In this document: in pieces, positions 10,418 to 20,027 of the stretch
Numbering within the stretch: the stretch's first letter is position 1
Layout: every line of letters starts with the position of its first letter
Source: Longimicrobiales bacterium
GTDB taxonomy: Bacteria > Gemmatimonadota > Gemmatimonadetes > Longimicrobiales > Gaopeijiaceae
NCBI GenBank assembly: GCA_965203485.1
Contig: OZ241892.1
Coordinates: 192,001-256,000 of the forward strand
DNA length: 64,000 nt
Reading direction: 5' to 3'
Program-made: the position numbers and the translations under genes
Notes under the pieces: model-generated
What the model saw: the letters and a program-made list of their open reading frames with translations, nothing else
Database searches by the model: none
Told to the model about the DNA's origin: nothing

Positions 10418-11200
10418 ATGCCCGAACTGTTCGCCGAGGGTCTCGCAGCGGTCGGACGCGCCGCGACGAACGGGCTGGCCGCGGTGGGCCGCGCATCGCG
10501 CTTGGCGGCGGCGGCGGGCCGGGCGCTCGGCAAGACGAGCACGTGGTGGCCGCAACTGTCGCCGCAGATGGCCCGCGTGGGCGTGGCGTCGGCGCCGATC
10601 GCGCTCTTCATCGCAACGTTCACCGGCATCGTGATGTCGCTCCAGGCGTCCTACACGCTGACCGGGGCGATCCCGCTGTACTTCGTGGGCGTGCTGGTGA
10701 GCAAGACGATGATCCTGGAGCTGGGACCGGTGCTCACCGCGCTCACGCTGGCCGGCCGCGTCGGCGCCGGCATTGCGGCCGAGCTGGGCACGATGAAGGT
10801 GACCGAGCAAGTGGACGCCCTCGAGACGCTGGCCTACGACCCGGTCGCCTATCTGGTTGTTCCGCGCGTGCTGGCCGGGACGCTCATGTTCCCCGTCGTG
10901 GCGCTTCTGGCGGTGACGGCCGGCATCGGCTCGGGCTGGGTGGCCGCGCTCCAGTTGCTGGACATGTCGTCGGCGGAGTTCGTCAAGGGACTGCGCCTTT
11001 TCTTCGCGCCTTGGGACGTGTGGTTCTGCGTCGTCAAGTCGGTGTCGTTCGGGCTCGTGGTGACCGGTGTCGGCTGCGGCTTCGGTCTGGGCGCCGCGGG
11101 CGGGGCCGAAGGCGTGGGCCGTTGCGCTACCCGCTCGGTGGTGGCGTCGAGCATGATCATCCTCTTCCTGGACGCGGTATGGGCGGCCACGCTGCTGTAG
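10418..11200 (+). CDS. mlaE: MlaE-family ABC permease
   Basis: ELGPVLTALTLAGRVGAGIAAELGTMKVTEQVDALE, GAEGVGR. Confidence 0.92.
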   Translation: MPELFAEGLAAVGRAATNGLAAVGRASRLAAAAGRALGKTSTWWPQLSPQMARVGVASAPIALFIATFTGIVMSLQASYTLTGAIPLYFVGVLVSKTMILELGPVLTALTLAGRVGAGIAAELGTMKVTEQVDALETLAYDPVAYLVVPRVLAGTLMFPVVALLAVTAGIGSGWVAALQLLDMSSAEFVKGLRLFFAPWDVWFCVVKSVSFGLVVTGVGCGFGLGAAGGAEGVGRCATRSVVASSMIILFLDAVWAATLL

Positions 11201-11204
11201 GCCG

Positions 11205-11948
11205 GTGAGCATCCGCATCCGCGGACTCGCGAAGTCGTTCGGGACGAAGGCCGTGCTGAGCGGCTTCGACCTGGATGCCGGCGAGCACGAGACGGTGGTC
11301 ATCGTGGGTCCGTCGGGCGCGGGCAAGTCGGTGCTGCTCAAGCACGTCGTCGGCCTGTTGCGGCCCGACGCGGGATCGGTCGAGGTGGACGGGGCGGACG
11401 TTGGGGCGCTCGGCGGGGGCGGGCTCGCGGAGCTGCGTCGCAAGATCGGCTACGTGTTCCAGTTCGCCGCGCTCTTCGATTCGATGACGGTCGCGGACAA
11501 CGTGGGCATGGCGCTGCGCAGAGCCGGAGGGCGCACTCCGGCTCGTGTGCGCGCCCGCGTCGAGGAGTGCTTGGCCCTGGTCGGCCTCGACGGCATGGGC
11601 GGCCGTCGTCCTGCGGACCTGTCCGGCGGACAACGCAAGCGCGCCGGCTTGGCCAGGGCGATTGCCGCCTCGCCCAAGTACCTGCTCTACGACGAGCCCA
11701 CTACGGGCCTCGACCCCGTGACGACCACCTCGATCGACCGCCTGATGCTGCGCATGAGGGACGAACTGGGAGTCGCCGCGCTCATGGTCACGCACGACAT
11801 GACCAGCGCTTTTCGCGTGGCCGACCGGATCGCGCTGCTTCACGCGGGCCGCGTCTGGTTCTCGGGCACGCCCGCGGAGGTGAAGTCGGCCGACGATCCC
11901 GTGGTCCGGGGTTTCGTCGAGGGCGACCCGAGCCTGTACTATGGATGA
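11205..11948 (+). CDS. mlaF: MlaF-family ABC ATP-binding protein
   Basis: GPSGAGKS, FQFAALFDSMTV, LSGGQRKR, YDEPTTGLDP; between mlaE and mlaD. Confidence 0.92.
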   Translation: MSIRIRGLAKSFGTKAVLSGFDLDAGEHETVVIVGPSGAGKSVLLKHVVGLLRPDAGSVEVDGADVGALGGGGLAELRRKIGYVFQFAALFDSMTVADNVGMALRRAGGRTPARVRARVEECLALVGLDGMGGRRPADLSGGQRKRAGLARAIAASPKYLLYDEPTTGLDPVTTTSIDRLMLRMRDELGVAALMVTHDMTSAFRVADRIALLHAGRVWFSGTPAEVKSADDPVVRGFVEGDPSLYYG

Positions 11949-13050
11949 GGAGACCGCAAGGGGCGGAGGCGGCGGCGGGCGGGTGGCGAGCAGGCCTGGG
12001 GCTGGGCCGGTCCGCGCCGGGCCTGCTGAAGTCGCGGCTCTGCGCGGAGGGGAGACCGAACGCATGGACAGACGACGAGACGCGCTGGTCGGAGCCGTGG
12101 TGCTCCTGGGGATCGCGGCGGGCATCGGCGGCGGCTTGTGGCTCAAGGGCGGGTGGGGAAGCGACGGCCGCACCCTGAGGGCGGTTGCGGCGGACGCGGG
12201 CCAGACTATGGCGGGCGCGTCGGTCAAGTTCCGGGGGGTGGAGGTGGGACGCGTGGACCGCGTCGGCATCGCCCCCGGCGGCGAAGCCGTCCTGATCGAG
12301 ATGACGGTGCGCCCCGAGATCGCGCTCCCGGAAGGCGCGGCGGTGCTCTTGGCGCCCGAGTCCATGTTCGGCGACTGGCAGGCCGAGATCGTCGCCCGCG
12401 CGGACTTTCCGGAGCGGCCCTTCCTCGACCGGCCGGGCTTGGACGCCCTGCCGGGAGCGGCGTTGCCGGACGTCTCCCGGCTCACGGCCACTGCGGACGA
12501 GATCGCCCGCAACCTCACGATCATCTCGGACCGCTTCCGCATCGCCTTCACCGAGGAGACCGCCGAGAACCTGCGCCGCGCCATCGACAACATTTCGGCG
12601 GTCAGCGACGGCCTTGCCGAAGTGATCGACCAGCAGGCGGCCCGTTTCGACGACTTGGCCGACGGCGTGGGCCGGTCCGCCGAAGACCTCGGCGCCGCCG
12701 CTCGGGCGGCCCGGCTCTCGTTCGAACGCATCGACGCCATCGTTCAGGAGGGCGAGGTCGAGACGATGGTCGCGGACGCCGGCGCCGCGGTGGCCAACGC
12801 GCGCGGCGTCACCGAAGACGCCGGGGCCTTCCTGGACGAACTGCGGTCCGCGGTGCAGCGCGCCGACTCCACGTTCGCGCGCCTGGACCGGCTGGCGGCG
12901 GCCGCCGAGGAGGGCGACGGCTCCCTGGGCCGCTTGCTGACGGACCCGGCCCTCGCCGACGGCGCCGTCGAAGCGATGCAGGAGATCAAGTCGCTACTGG
13001 CCGACATCCGCGAGAATCCGGGCCGGTACCTTCGATTCTCCGTCTTCTAG
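11941..13050 (+). CDS. mlaD: MCE/MlaD-family protein (alternative start 12064)
   Basis: TM followed by GASVKFRGVEVGRV, helical tail, GSLGRLL and DIRENPGRY. Confidence 0.88.
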   Translation: MDEETARGGGGGGRVASRPGAGPVRAGPAEVAALRGGETERMDRRRDALVGAVVLLGIAAGIGGGLWLKGGWGSDGRTLRAVAADAGQTMAGASVKFRGVEVGRVDRVGIAPGGEAVLIEMTVRPEIALPEGAAVLLAPESMFGDWQAEIVARADFPERPFLDRPGLDALPGAALPDVSRLTATADEIARNLTIISDRFRIAFTEETAENLRRAIDNISAVSDGLAEVIDQQAARFDDLADGVGRSAEDLGAAARAARLSFERIDAIVQEGEVETMVADAGAAVANARGVTEDAGAFLDELRSAVQRADSTFARLDRLAAAAEEGDGSLGRLLTDPALADGAVEAMQEIKSLLADIRENPGRYLRFSVF

Positions 13051-13057
13051 CCCTGCC

Positions 13058-13510
13058 GTGCGCGCTTCCCGAGCCACCGTCCCGGCCGTCGTCGAGCGAA
13101 GCGCCGGCGGCGTGCTCGTGCGATCTCTTGCGGGAGATTGGCAGGCGCTGCTGATCCGCACCGCGGACGGACGCTGGTCGCTCCCGAAGGGCCACGTGGA
13201 AGCCGGCGAGTCGTTGCGCGAGGCGGCTGCGCGCGAGGTGGAAGAGGAGACCGGCCTGCGGCCGAGGACGGTCGGTCCGAAGGTGGGCACGGCCGACTGG
13301 TTCTTCAGCAAGGATGGCGCAACCGTGCACAAGTACTGCACCTACTTCCTCATGCGGGCCGCCGTCGGCCGGCCGGTCCCTCGAGCGGACGAAGGAATCA
13401 TCGACTGCCGCTGGATGCCGGTGGAGGACGCGGCCGCGAGAGTGTCTTTCGCCAATACGCGTCAAGTCGTCGAGGACTCCCTCGCGACGATCGAGAGGGC
13501 GGGATGGTAG
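13058..13510 (+). CDS. NUDIX hydrolase
   Basis: Nudix box GHVEAGESLREAAAREVEEETG. Confidence 0.93.
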   Translation: MRASRATVPAVVERSAGGVLVRSLAGDWQALLIRTADGRWSLPKGHVEAGESLREAAAREVEEETGLRPRTVGPKVGTADWFFSKDGATVHKYCTYFLMRAAVGRPVPRADEGIIDCRWMPVEDAAARVSFANTRQVVEDSLATIERAGW

Positions 13511-14958
13511 AGCGAGGCGGCCGCGGGCGCGACGGGAGCTCTCGGCCGCGAGCGGCTCGAGCGCGCGGGACGGAGGAGCCGCCCCGGCGCGACGACGGCG
13601 CCGGAGAGGCGCCCCGGCGGTCCCGCGGACCAAGGCGCCGCCGACCCCGGCGGCGAGGAAGCCCCCCCGGCGCAGGCGAATCGCGTCGGCCGGACGCCGG
13701 CCCGCCGCTTCCGGGGGCGGCCGCGCCGACGCCTTGGCGGCTCTTCCAGGCGGCCGTGCTGGCGATCGTGGCGGCGCTCTTCCTGACCAGCATCGGTGAC
13801 CTCCTCAACCCGTTCCTGCTGTACTGCGCCCTCGTGGCGCTGCTTGCGCCCTTCCGATCGGTCCGGGGCTACGCCCACGTCATGGTCGTGGCCACCGTCC
13901 TGGCGCTGCTTTGGCTGCTCAAGACGACCGGGTCGCTGATGGCGCCGTTCTTCTTGGCCTTCGTCCTCGCCTACATCCTGGACCCGCTCGTCGACCGGCT
14001 GTCCGCCCGCCCTCGCATCGGCCGGCAGACCGCGATCTTCCTGATTCTCGCGCCGGCGCTCGCGGCGGTCGGGCTTGTTGCGATGGTCGGCGTGCCCGCC
14101 ATGCTTCGCCAAGCCGGCCGGCTCATGCTCGACGCGCCCGCGGCCTTGGCGGCGGCCCACCGCTGGGCCGTCGGCCTGGCCGCCAAGGCCGTCGAGGCCG
14201 ATCTCCCCTTCGTGGACGACGCCCAGCTCCTGGCGCGCGTGCAAGCCTTCGACGGACAGGCGGCGGCCGACCTGCTGGCCAGCCAAGCCTCGCGGATCGC
14301 GAGCGGCGCCTGGGCGGCCTTCCTGGGCCTTGGCCGCGGACTCGGCACGCTGGTCACCGTGGCGAGCTACGTCGTCCTGACGCCGGTCCTCACCGTCTAC
14401 CTGCTGCGCGACTACGACCACATCGTGGCTCGGGCCGGACGGCTCGTTCCCGTGCGCTACCAAGCCTCGACCCGCGGCTGCTTCCGCGAGTACGACGCCA
14501 TTCTGTCGCGCTACCTGCGCGGCCAGATATCGGTCGCCGCAATCGTGGGAGGGTTGACGTGGCTGGGCTTGGCCGCCACGGGGTTTCCGCACGCCTTCTT
14601 CCTGGGGGCGACGGTGGCCGTGCTGGGCGTGGTTCCGTACTTGGGCTTGGTCCTCTCGCTGATTCCGGCCCTCGTCATCGCGTTGGCCGGCGGCGATCCC
14701 GGCGCCGGACTGCTCAAGGTCGTGGTCGTCTACGGCGTCGCGCAGACGCTCGAAGGCACGGTCGTCAGCCCCAGGATCGTGGGCGGATCAGTGGGCCTGC
14801 ACCCCGTGTGGATTGTGCTCGCGCTTGCGCTGGGGGGTCTCTACTTCGGATTCGCGGGCCTGTTGCTGGCCGTCCCGGCGGCCGCGGGAATCAAGCTGCT
14901 CGCGGTGCGCGCCGAGGCCAGCTACCGAGCGTCCGCCTTCTACGGCAGGAAGAACTAA
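13504..14958 (+). CDS. AI-2E family transporter
   Basis: LAYILDPLVDRL, YLRGQ, VVPYLG, PRIVGGSVGLHP; low-complexity N-terminus makes the start uncertain. Confidence 0.88.
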   Translation: MVERGGRGRDGSSRPRAARARGTEEPPRRDDGAGEAPRRSRGPRRRRPRRRGSPPGAGESRRPDAGPPLPGAAAPTPWRLFQAAVLAIVAALFLTSIGDLLNPFLLYCALVALLAPFRSVRGYAHVMVVATVLALLWLLKTTGSLMAPFFLAFVLAYILDPLVDRLSARPRIGRQTAIFLILAPALAAVGLVAMVGVPAMLRQAGRLMLDAPAALAAAHRWAVGLAAKAVEADLPFVDDAQLLARVQAFDGQAAADLLASQASRIASGAWAAFLGLGRGLGTLVTVASYVVLTPVLTVYLLRDYDHIVARAGRLVPVRYQASTRGCFREYDAILSRYLRGQISVAAIVGGLTWLGLAATGFPHAFFLGATVAVLGVVPYLGLVLSLIPALVIALAGGDPGAGLLKVVVVYGVAQTLEGTVVSPRIVGGSVGLHPVWIVLALALGGLYFGFAGLLLAVPAAAGIKLLAVRAEASYRASAFYGRKN

Positions 14959-15197
14959 GGCCGAGCTGATGGCGCGGGCCGGCCTCGGCAGCACGGACGC
15001 CGAGCCGGGCCTGCCTCCGGAGGTTGCGGCCCGGAACAACAAAGCGAGGCCGCTCGGCCCGCTCGGCCGCCACTTGCCGCGCTCGGTCTCGGCAGGCTTA
15101 TTTGTTCTTGAACGCTCCGACCGCGCGCATGCTGTTTCGCCTCCTCCTCCGGCGCTCGCGGCTTCCCTTGCCATTTGCCGTCCAGGAAGGCTTCGCC

Positions 15198-16118
15198 ATG
15201 GCGGTCATCGAGGCGCGCGCCCTGAGCAAGCGCTACAAGGAAGTCGTCGCGGTCGACCAAGCCACGTTCGATGTCGAACCGGGCCAAGTGTTCGGGTTCC
15301 TCGGGCCCAACGGAAGCGGCAAGACGACGACCATCGGCATGTTGCTGGGGATCATTCGGCCCACGTCGGGCGCGTTTCGGCTCCTCGGCGCATCGGCTCC
15401 TGCGGAGCTCGTCGCCGTCCGAAGGCGCGTCGGGGCGACGCTCGAGGTCCCGAACTTCTATCCGTACCTGAGCGGCCGCGACAATCTCCGCATCACGGCG
15501 CGGGTCAAGGGCGCCGGCCCGGAGCGCATCGAGGAGTGCCTGGGCCTGGTCGGCTTGACCGCTCGCGCAAGGCATCGCTTCAAGACGTACTCCCTGGGCA
15601 TGAAGCAGCGCCTGGCCCTGGCCGCCGCCATGCTGAACGACCCGGAGCTGGTGATCTTGGACGAGCCCGCCAACGGCCTCGATCCGCAGGGCATGATCGA
15701 GATCCGCCAGCTCATTGGCGACTTGGCGGGACGCGGCAAGACGATATTCCTGTCGAGCCACCTGCTCTGGGAAGTCGAGCGGACGTGCACGCACGTGGCC
15801 ATCATCCGCAACGGCAGGGTCATGACGACCGGGGCCGTGGAGGACATCGTGGCGGGCGACCCGCACGTCGTGGTCAAGTCCGACGACTTGGAGCGCCTCC
15901 GGCAGGCCCTGGAGGAGTATCCCGGCGTCTCGGCCGCGCGCGTCGAGGGCGACGGCGTCGTGGCGCGGCTTGCTGCCGGCGACATCGGGCGCCTGAACGG
16001 CCACCTGGCAAGCCGCGGCATCCACCCGTCCCATTTGGCCGCGAAGGAACGCTCGCTCGAGGACGTGTTCATGCAGATCACGGGCTCCGCCGCGCCGGAT
16101 GCCGGAGAGAGCTCGTGA
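15198..16118 (+). CDS. ABC exporter ATP-binding protein (BcrA-like)
   Basis: GPNGSGKTT, YSLGMKQRL, LDEPANGLDP, SSHLL. Confidence 0.93.
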   Translation: MAVIEARALSKRYKEVVAVDQATFDVEPGQVFGFLGPNGSGKTTTIGMLLGIIRPTSGAFRLLGASAPAELVAVRRRVGATLEVPNFYPYLSGRDNLRITARVKGAGPERIEECLGLVGLTARARHRFKTYSLGMKQRLALAAAMLNDPELVILDEPANGLDPQGMIEIRQLIGDLAGRGKTIFLSSHLLWEVERTCTHVAIIRNGRVMTTGAVEDIVAGDPHVVVKSDDLERLRQALEEYPGVSAARVEGDGVVARLAAGDIGRLNGHLASRGIHPSHLAAKERSLEDVFMQITGSAAPDAGESS

Positions 16119-16960
16119 ACGAACGGATCGGCGGCGAGCAGGACGGCATGTTGCGCGTCGTCCTCGCCAACGAAGCGCTGAAGACGGCGAGGCGTCCCGC
16201 CTTCTGGGTCCTCATCGGCGTCTTCGCCGGATGCATCGCGTTCGTGGCCGTCGTCAGCGAGCTGCTCGCGAGAGCGGATGGCGTGCGCCTAGTCAGCAGG
16301 AGCTGGACTGTCGTCCCAGCGGGTGCGGCTGCGGTTGGACCGATATGCGCAGGACTGGCGCTCGCGTTGCTGTTCGTGCCCGAGTTCAAGTGGCGCACCG
16401 CCAGACAGAACGTGATCGACGGCGTCAGCAAAGACTCCTTCTTCGCGGGCAAGTTGTTGCTGGTGCCGGCGCTCATCGTTGCGTTTCTGGCGTTGGCGTG
16501 GGCGCTGGGCGCGGCCGCCGCGCTGATCTTCCCGCCTCCGGACGGACTCCAGGCGCCTGCGCTCGCCGACCTTCAGGCATGGACCGGTCTCGCATTGGCG
16601 ATGGGCGTGTGGGCGGGGGCCGCCTTCTTGCTGGCCGCGGTCCTGCGGGCGGGCGGCGCCACCGTCGGCGTCCTGCTCGGCTACTTTGTCGTCGAGGGCG
16701 TTGCCGCGAGCCTTGGGAAGGCCACGGCGGCGATGCGCGGGTTGGAATTCCTTTTCACCGCGCTCGACTACCTGCCGGGCCGGGTCTCCGAGGCGCTCGG
16801 CGGCTATAGGCTTCACTACGGCTCGACGGCGCCGGTGGAGTGGAACGGGGTCGTCTTTGGGGAGCCGCCGGGCTTTTGGCCGCTTGCCGGGATTGCCTGC
16901 GCGTACGTTGCGGCGTTCGTCGCGCTGGCGTATGCGAACTTCCGCAGGCGGGATCTCTAG
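16115..16960 (+). CDS. ABC-2 type permease
   Basis: Multiple TM segments, EFKWRTARQNVIDGVS; GTGA overlap with the ATPase gene. Confidence 0.85.
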   Translation: MNERIGGEQDGMLRVVLANEALKTARRPAFWVLIGVFAGCIAFVAVVSELLARADGVRLVSRSWTVVPAGAAAVGPICAGLALALLFVPEFKWRTARQNVIDGVSKDSFFAGKLLLVPALIVAFLALAWALGAAAALIFPPPDGLQAPALADLQAWTGLALAMGVWAGAAFLLAAVLRAGGATVGVLLGYFVVEGVAASLGKATAAMRGLEFLFTALDYLPGRVSEALGGYRLHYGSTAPVEWNGVVFGEPPGFWPLAGIACAYVAAFVALAYANFRRRDL

Positions 16961-17026
16961 GCGTGCCGCGCAACCCAGGCGCCGGGCCCACGCGTGCCGG
17001 CGCATTCTGCTGACGAGGACGACGAC

Positions 17027-18187
17027 ATGAGATCAAGCCGCAGGCGATTCCTCAAGGTCGCCGCAACCGCGGGCAGCGGGCTGGCGGCCGGCGCGGCGCT
17101 TCGCGCGGAGCCGAGCACGCCGGGCGCCGAGGACGGAGAATCCGGGGCGCGTCGCGCGCCTGGGCTGGCGAAGAAGCTGCTGTTCCTCGGCGGCACCAAC
17201 TTCATCGGGCCGCACCAAGTTCGGTACGCGCTGCGGCGCGGGCACGAAGTCACCCTGTTCAACCGGGGTCGCACGAACCCGCACCTCTTTCCGGACCTGG
17301 AGAAGCTGGTGGGCGACCGCGAAAGCGACCTGAGCGCGCTCGAAGGACGCCGGTGGGACGTGGTCGTGGACACGTCGGCGACCAACCCAGCCTGGGTCGA
17401 GCGCAGCGCGCGCATGCTCGAGGACGCGTGCGAGCGCTACGTCTTCGTGTCGACGCGGTCCGTCTATGCGGACACGAGCCGGGTGCCGATGTCCACGGCC
17501 GCCCCTGTGTGGACCTACGAGTCCGCCGGGGTCGAACCGGGTGCGGGGCGGTTGCCCTACGGCCTCAGCAAGGCGCTGGCCGAACGGATCGTCCGCGAGA
17601 AGTTCGGCCGGGAACGCAGCTTGGTGTTCCGCCCCGGCCTGATCGTCGGCCCGGGCGATCCGACCGACCGGTTCACCTATTGGCCCGTCCGCATTCACCG
17701 AGGCGGCGAGGTGCTCGCTCCCGGCGACGGCTCGGACCCCGTGCAGGTGATCGACGTGCGCGACTTCGCCGAGTGGCTGGTCGAGATGGTGGAGGCGGAC
17801 GAGTCGGGCACCTACAACGTGGTGGGACCGCGCACGCCGCGCCCGATGGCCGAGCTGCTGTACGGCATCCGCGCCGTGACCACGGCCGAGACCACCTTCA
17901 CGTGGGTGGATGCGGACTTCGCGGTCAATGCGGGCCTGCGGCCCTACGCCGAGATGCCCGTGTGGCGGCCGGCGCGCGGCCGCTTCGCCGGCTTCGCCCG
18001 CTTCGATCTCACGCCCGAGGTGGAGAAGGGCCTCGCGTTCCGGTCCTTGGCGGACACCGCAGCGGCAACGTTGGAGCACCACTTCTCCCGCCCCGCGGAC
18101 CGGCAGGCGGCGTTGCGCTCCGGCGTCGGCGCCGAACGCGAACGCGAGGTGCTCGACCTTTGGCGAGCCTTTCAGCGGGCCGGATAG
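17027..18187 (+). CDS. Tat-signal NAD-dependent epimerase/dehydratase (extended SDR)
   Basis: SRRRFLK twin-arginine signal, LGGTNFIG, YGLSK, RPGLIVGPGDPTDRFTYW. Confidence 0.85.
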   Translation: MRSSRRRFLKVAATAGSGLAAGAALRAEPSTPGAEDGESGARRAPGLAKKLLFLGGTNFIGPHQVRYALRRGHEVTLFNRGRTNPHLFPDLEKLVGDRESDLSALEGRRWDVVVDTSATNPAWVERSARMLEDACERYVFVSTRSVYADTSRVPMSTAAPVWTYESAGVEPGAGRLPYGLSKALAERIVREKFGRERSLVFRPGLIVGPGDPTDRFTYWPVRIHRGGEVLAPGDGSDPVQVIDVRDFAEWLVEMVEADESGTYNVVGPRTPRPMAELLYGIRAVTTAETTFTWVDADFAVNAGLRPYAEMPVWRPARGRFAGFARFDLTPEVEKGLAFRSLADTAAATLEHHFSRPADRQAALRSGVGAEREREVLDLWRAFQRAG

Positions 18188-18211
18188 CCCCTTCACCGAA
18201 CGAGACCGACC

Positions 18212-19951
18212 ATGGCGCCCGGAAGACAGCTGCACCGATCTCGCCCGCTGTTCTTCCTCCTGCTTGCCGCGGCCTGCGGCCGGGACGGCGGCGGACCCCG
18301 CGAAGCCGGCCTCGTGCTGCGGGGCGGCATCGTGGCCACCATGGACGCGCGGAACTCCACGGCGGAGGCCGTCGCCGTCGACGACGGGCGGATCGTGGCG
18401 GTCGGCAGCGACGCCGACGTGGCGTCGTTCATAGGCGGCGACACGAAGGTGATCGAACTCGGCGGACGCTTGGCCGTGCCCGGCTTCATCGAGGGACACG
18501 GCCACTTCATGGCTCTAGGCGACGCGCGCGCGATCCTCGACCTGACCCGCGCCGCCAGTTGGGAGGAGATTGTGGCCATGGTCGCCGAAGCCGTTGCCGA
18601 AGCCGCTCCGGGCGCTTGGATCCGGGGGCGCGGCTGGCACCAGGAGAAGTGGGACGTCCCGCCACATCCCGTGGTTGAAGGCGGGCCGACGCACGCCACG
18701 CTCTCGGCGGCGGCGCCCGGCAACCCGGTCCTGCTCACCCATGCGTCCGGCCATGCGGCCTTCGCGAACGCCGCCGCCCTAGCGGCCGCGGGCTTGAGTC
18801 GCGGTTCCGAGCCTCCTCCGGGCGGCGAGTTCGTTCGCGACGAGAACGGCGAGCTCACGGGCCTGCTTCGCGAGACGGCCCAGCGCCCGGTCGCGGCGGC
18901 CTTCGCGCGCGTCCAGGCCGCGCGTTCGCCGGACGAAATCGACGCCGACTTCCGTCGCCAAGTTCACCTTGCAGGAGAGGAAGCCCTGTCCAAGGGCGTG
19001 ACCTCCTTCCAGGACGCGGGCGCCAGCTTCGCGACGATCGACCGCTTCAGGGAACTCGAAGCGGAGGGCGCGTTGCCGGTGAGGTTGTACGTCATGGTGC
19101 GCCCGGAGTCCAACGCCGAGATGGACGCCCGCCTGGCCGACTACTACATGCCGTCCGAGGGCGACGACTATCTCGCCGTGCGGTCGGTCAAGCGCCAGAT
19201 CGACGGTGCCCTGGGATCGCACGGCGCGTGGTTGCTCGAGCCCTACGACGACATGCCGGAGTCCACCGGACTCGTGCTGGAGACCGTCGAAGAGATCACG
19301 GGAACGGCCCACGTCGCCCTCAAGCACGGCTTCCAAGTCAACACCCACGCCATCGGCGACCGGGCGAACCGGGAGACGCTGGACATCTACGAAGCAGTCT
19401 TCGACTCGGCCGGCATCGCCGAGAGCGGCCTGCTTCGCTGGCGCATCGAACATGCTCAGCACGTCCATCCCGACGACGTGGAACGGTTCGCCTCGCTGGG
19501 CGTCGTCGCGTCGATGCAGGGCGTCCACGCCACCTCCGACGCCCCTTGGGTGTACGTCCGCCTGGGAGCCGGCCGGGCCGAATCCGGAGCGTATCTGTGG
19601 CGCTCGTTCCTGGACGCCGGAGTCGTCGTCAGCAACGGCACCGACGCTCCGGTCGAGGACGTCGATCCCTTGGCCAACTTCCGGGCATCGGTGCTGCGTT
19701 CGACTGCGGAGGGCCAGGAGTTTTTTCCGGCGCAGCGCATGACCCGCATCGAGGCGTTGCGCAGCTACACGATCAGCGCCGCCTTCGCGGCGTTCGAAGA
19801 CGAGTTCAAGGGGTCGGTGGAGGTCGGCAAGCTGGGCGACATCGTGGTGCTCGACCGCGACATTCTGACCGTGCCCGACGACGAACTCGCCGGCGCCAAG
19901 GTGGACATGACGATAGTGGGAGGGGTCGTGCGCTACGCCGCGTCCCGCTGA
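18212..19951 (+). CDS. amidohydrolase_3 (YtcJ-like) lipoprotein
   Basis: Lipobox LAAAC, PGFIEGHGH, HAIGDRAN, RIEHAQH, GTDAP. Confidence 0.88.
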   Translation: MAPGRQLHRSRPLFFLLLAAACGRDGGGPREAGLVLRGGIVATMDARNSTAEAVAVDDGRIVAVGSDADVASFIGGDTKVIELGGRLAVPGFIEGHGHFMALGDARAILDLTRAASWEEIVAMVAEAVAEAAPGAWIRGRGWHQEKWDVPPHPVVEGGPTHATLSAAAPGNPVLLTHASGHAAFANAAALAAAGLSRGSEPPPGGEFVRDENGELTGLLRETAQRPVAAAFARVQAARSPDEIDADFRRQVHLAGEEALSKGVTSFQDAGASFATIDRFRELEAEGALPVRLYVMVRPESNAEMDARLADYYMPSEGDDYLAVRSVKRQIDGALGSHGAWLLEPYDDMPESTGLVLETVEEITGTAHVALKHGFQVNTHAIGDRANRETLDIYEAVFDSAGIAESGLLRWRIEHAQHVHPDDVERFASLGVVASMQGVHATSDAPWVYVRLGAGRAESGAYLWRSFLDAGVVVSNGTDAPVEDVDPLANFRASVLRSTAEGQEFFPAQRMTRIEALRSYTISAAFAAFEDEFKGSVEVGKLGDIVVLDRDILTVPDDELAGAKVDMTIVGGVVRYAASR

Positions 19952-20027
19952 ACCGAGCGGGGAATCGAGCCCGGCGAAAGGCTTCGGACCGGTCATTGCG
20001 AGAACTTAGGGCGCGGGCGACCGACGG

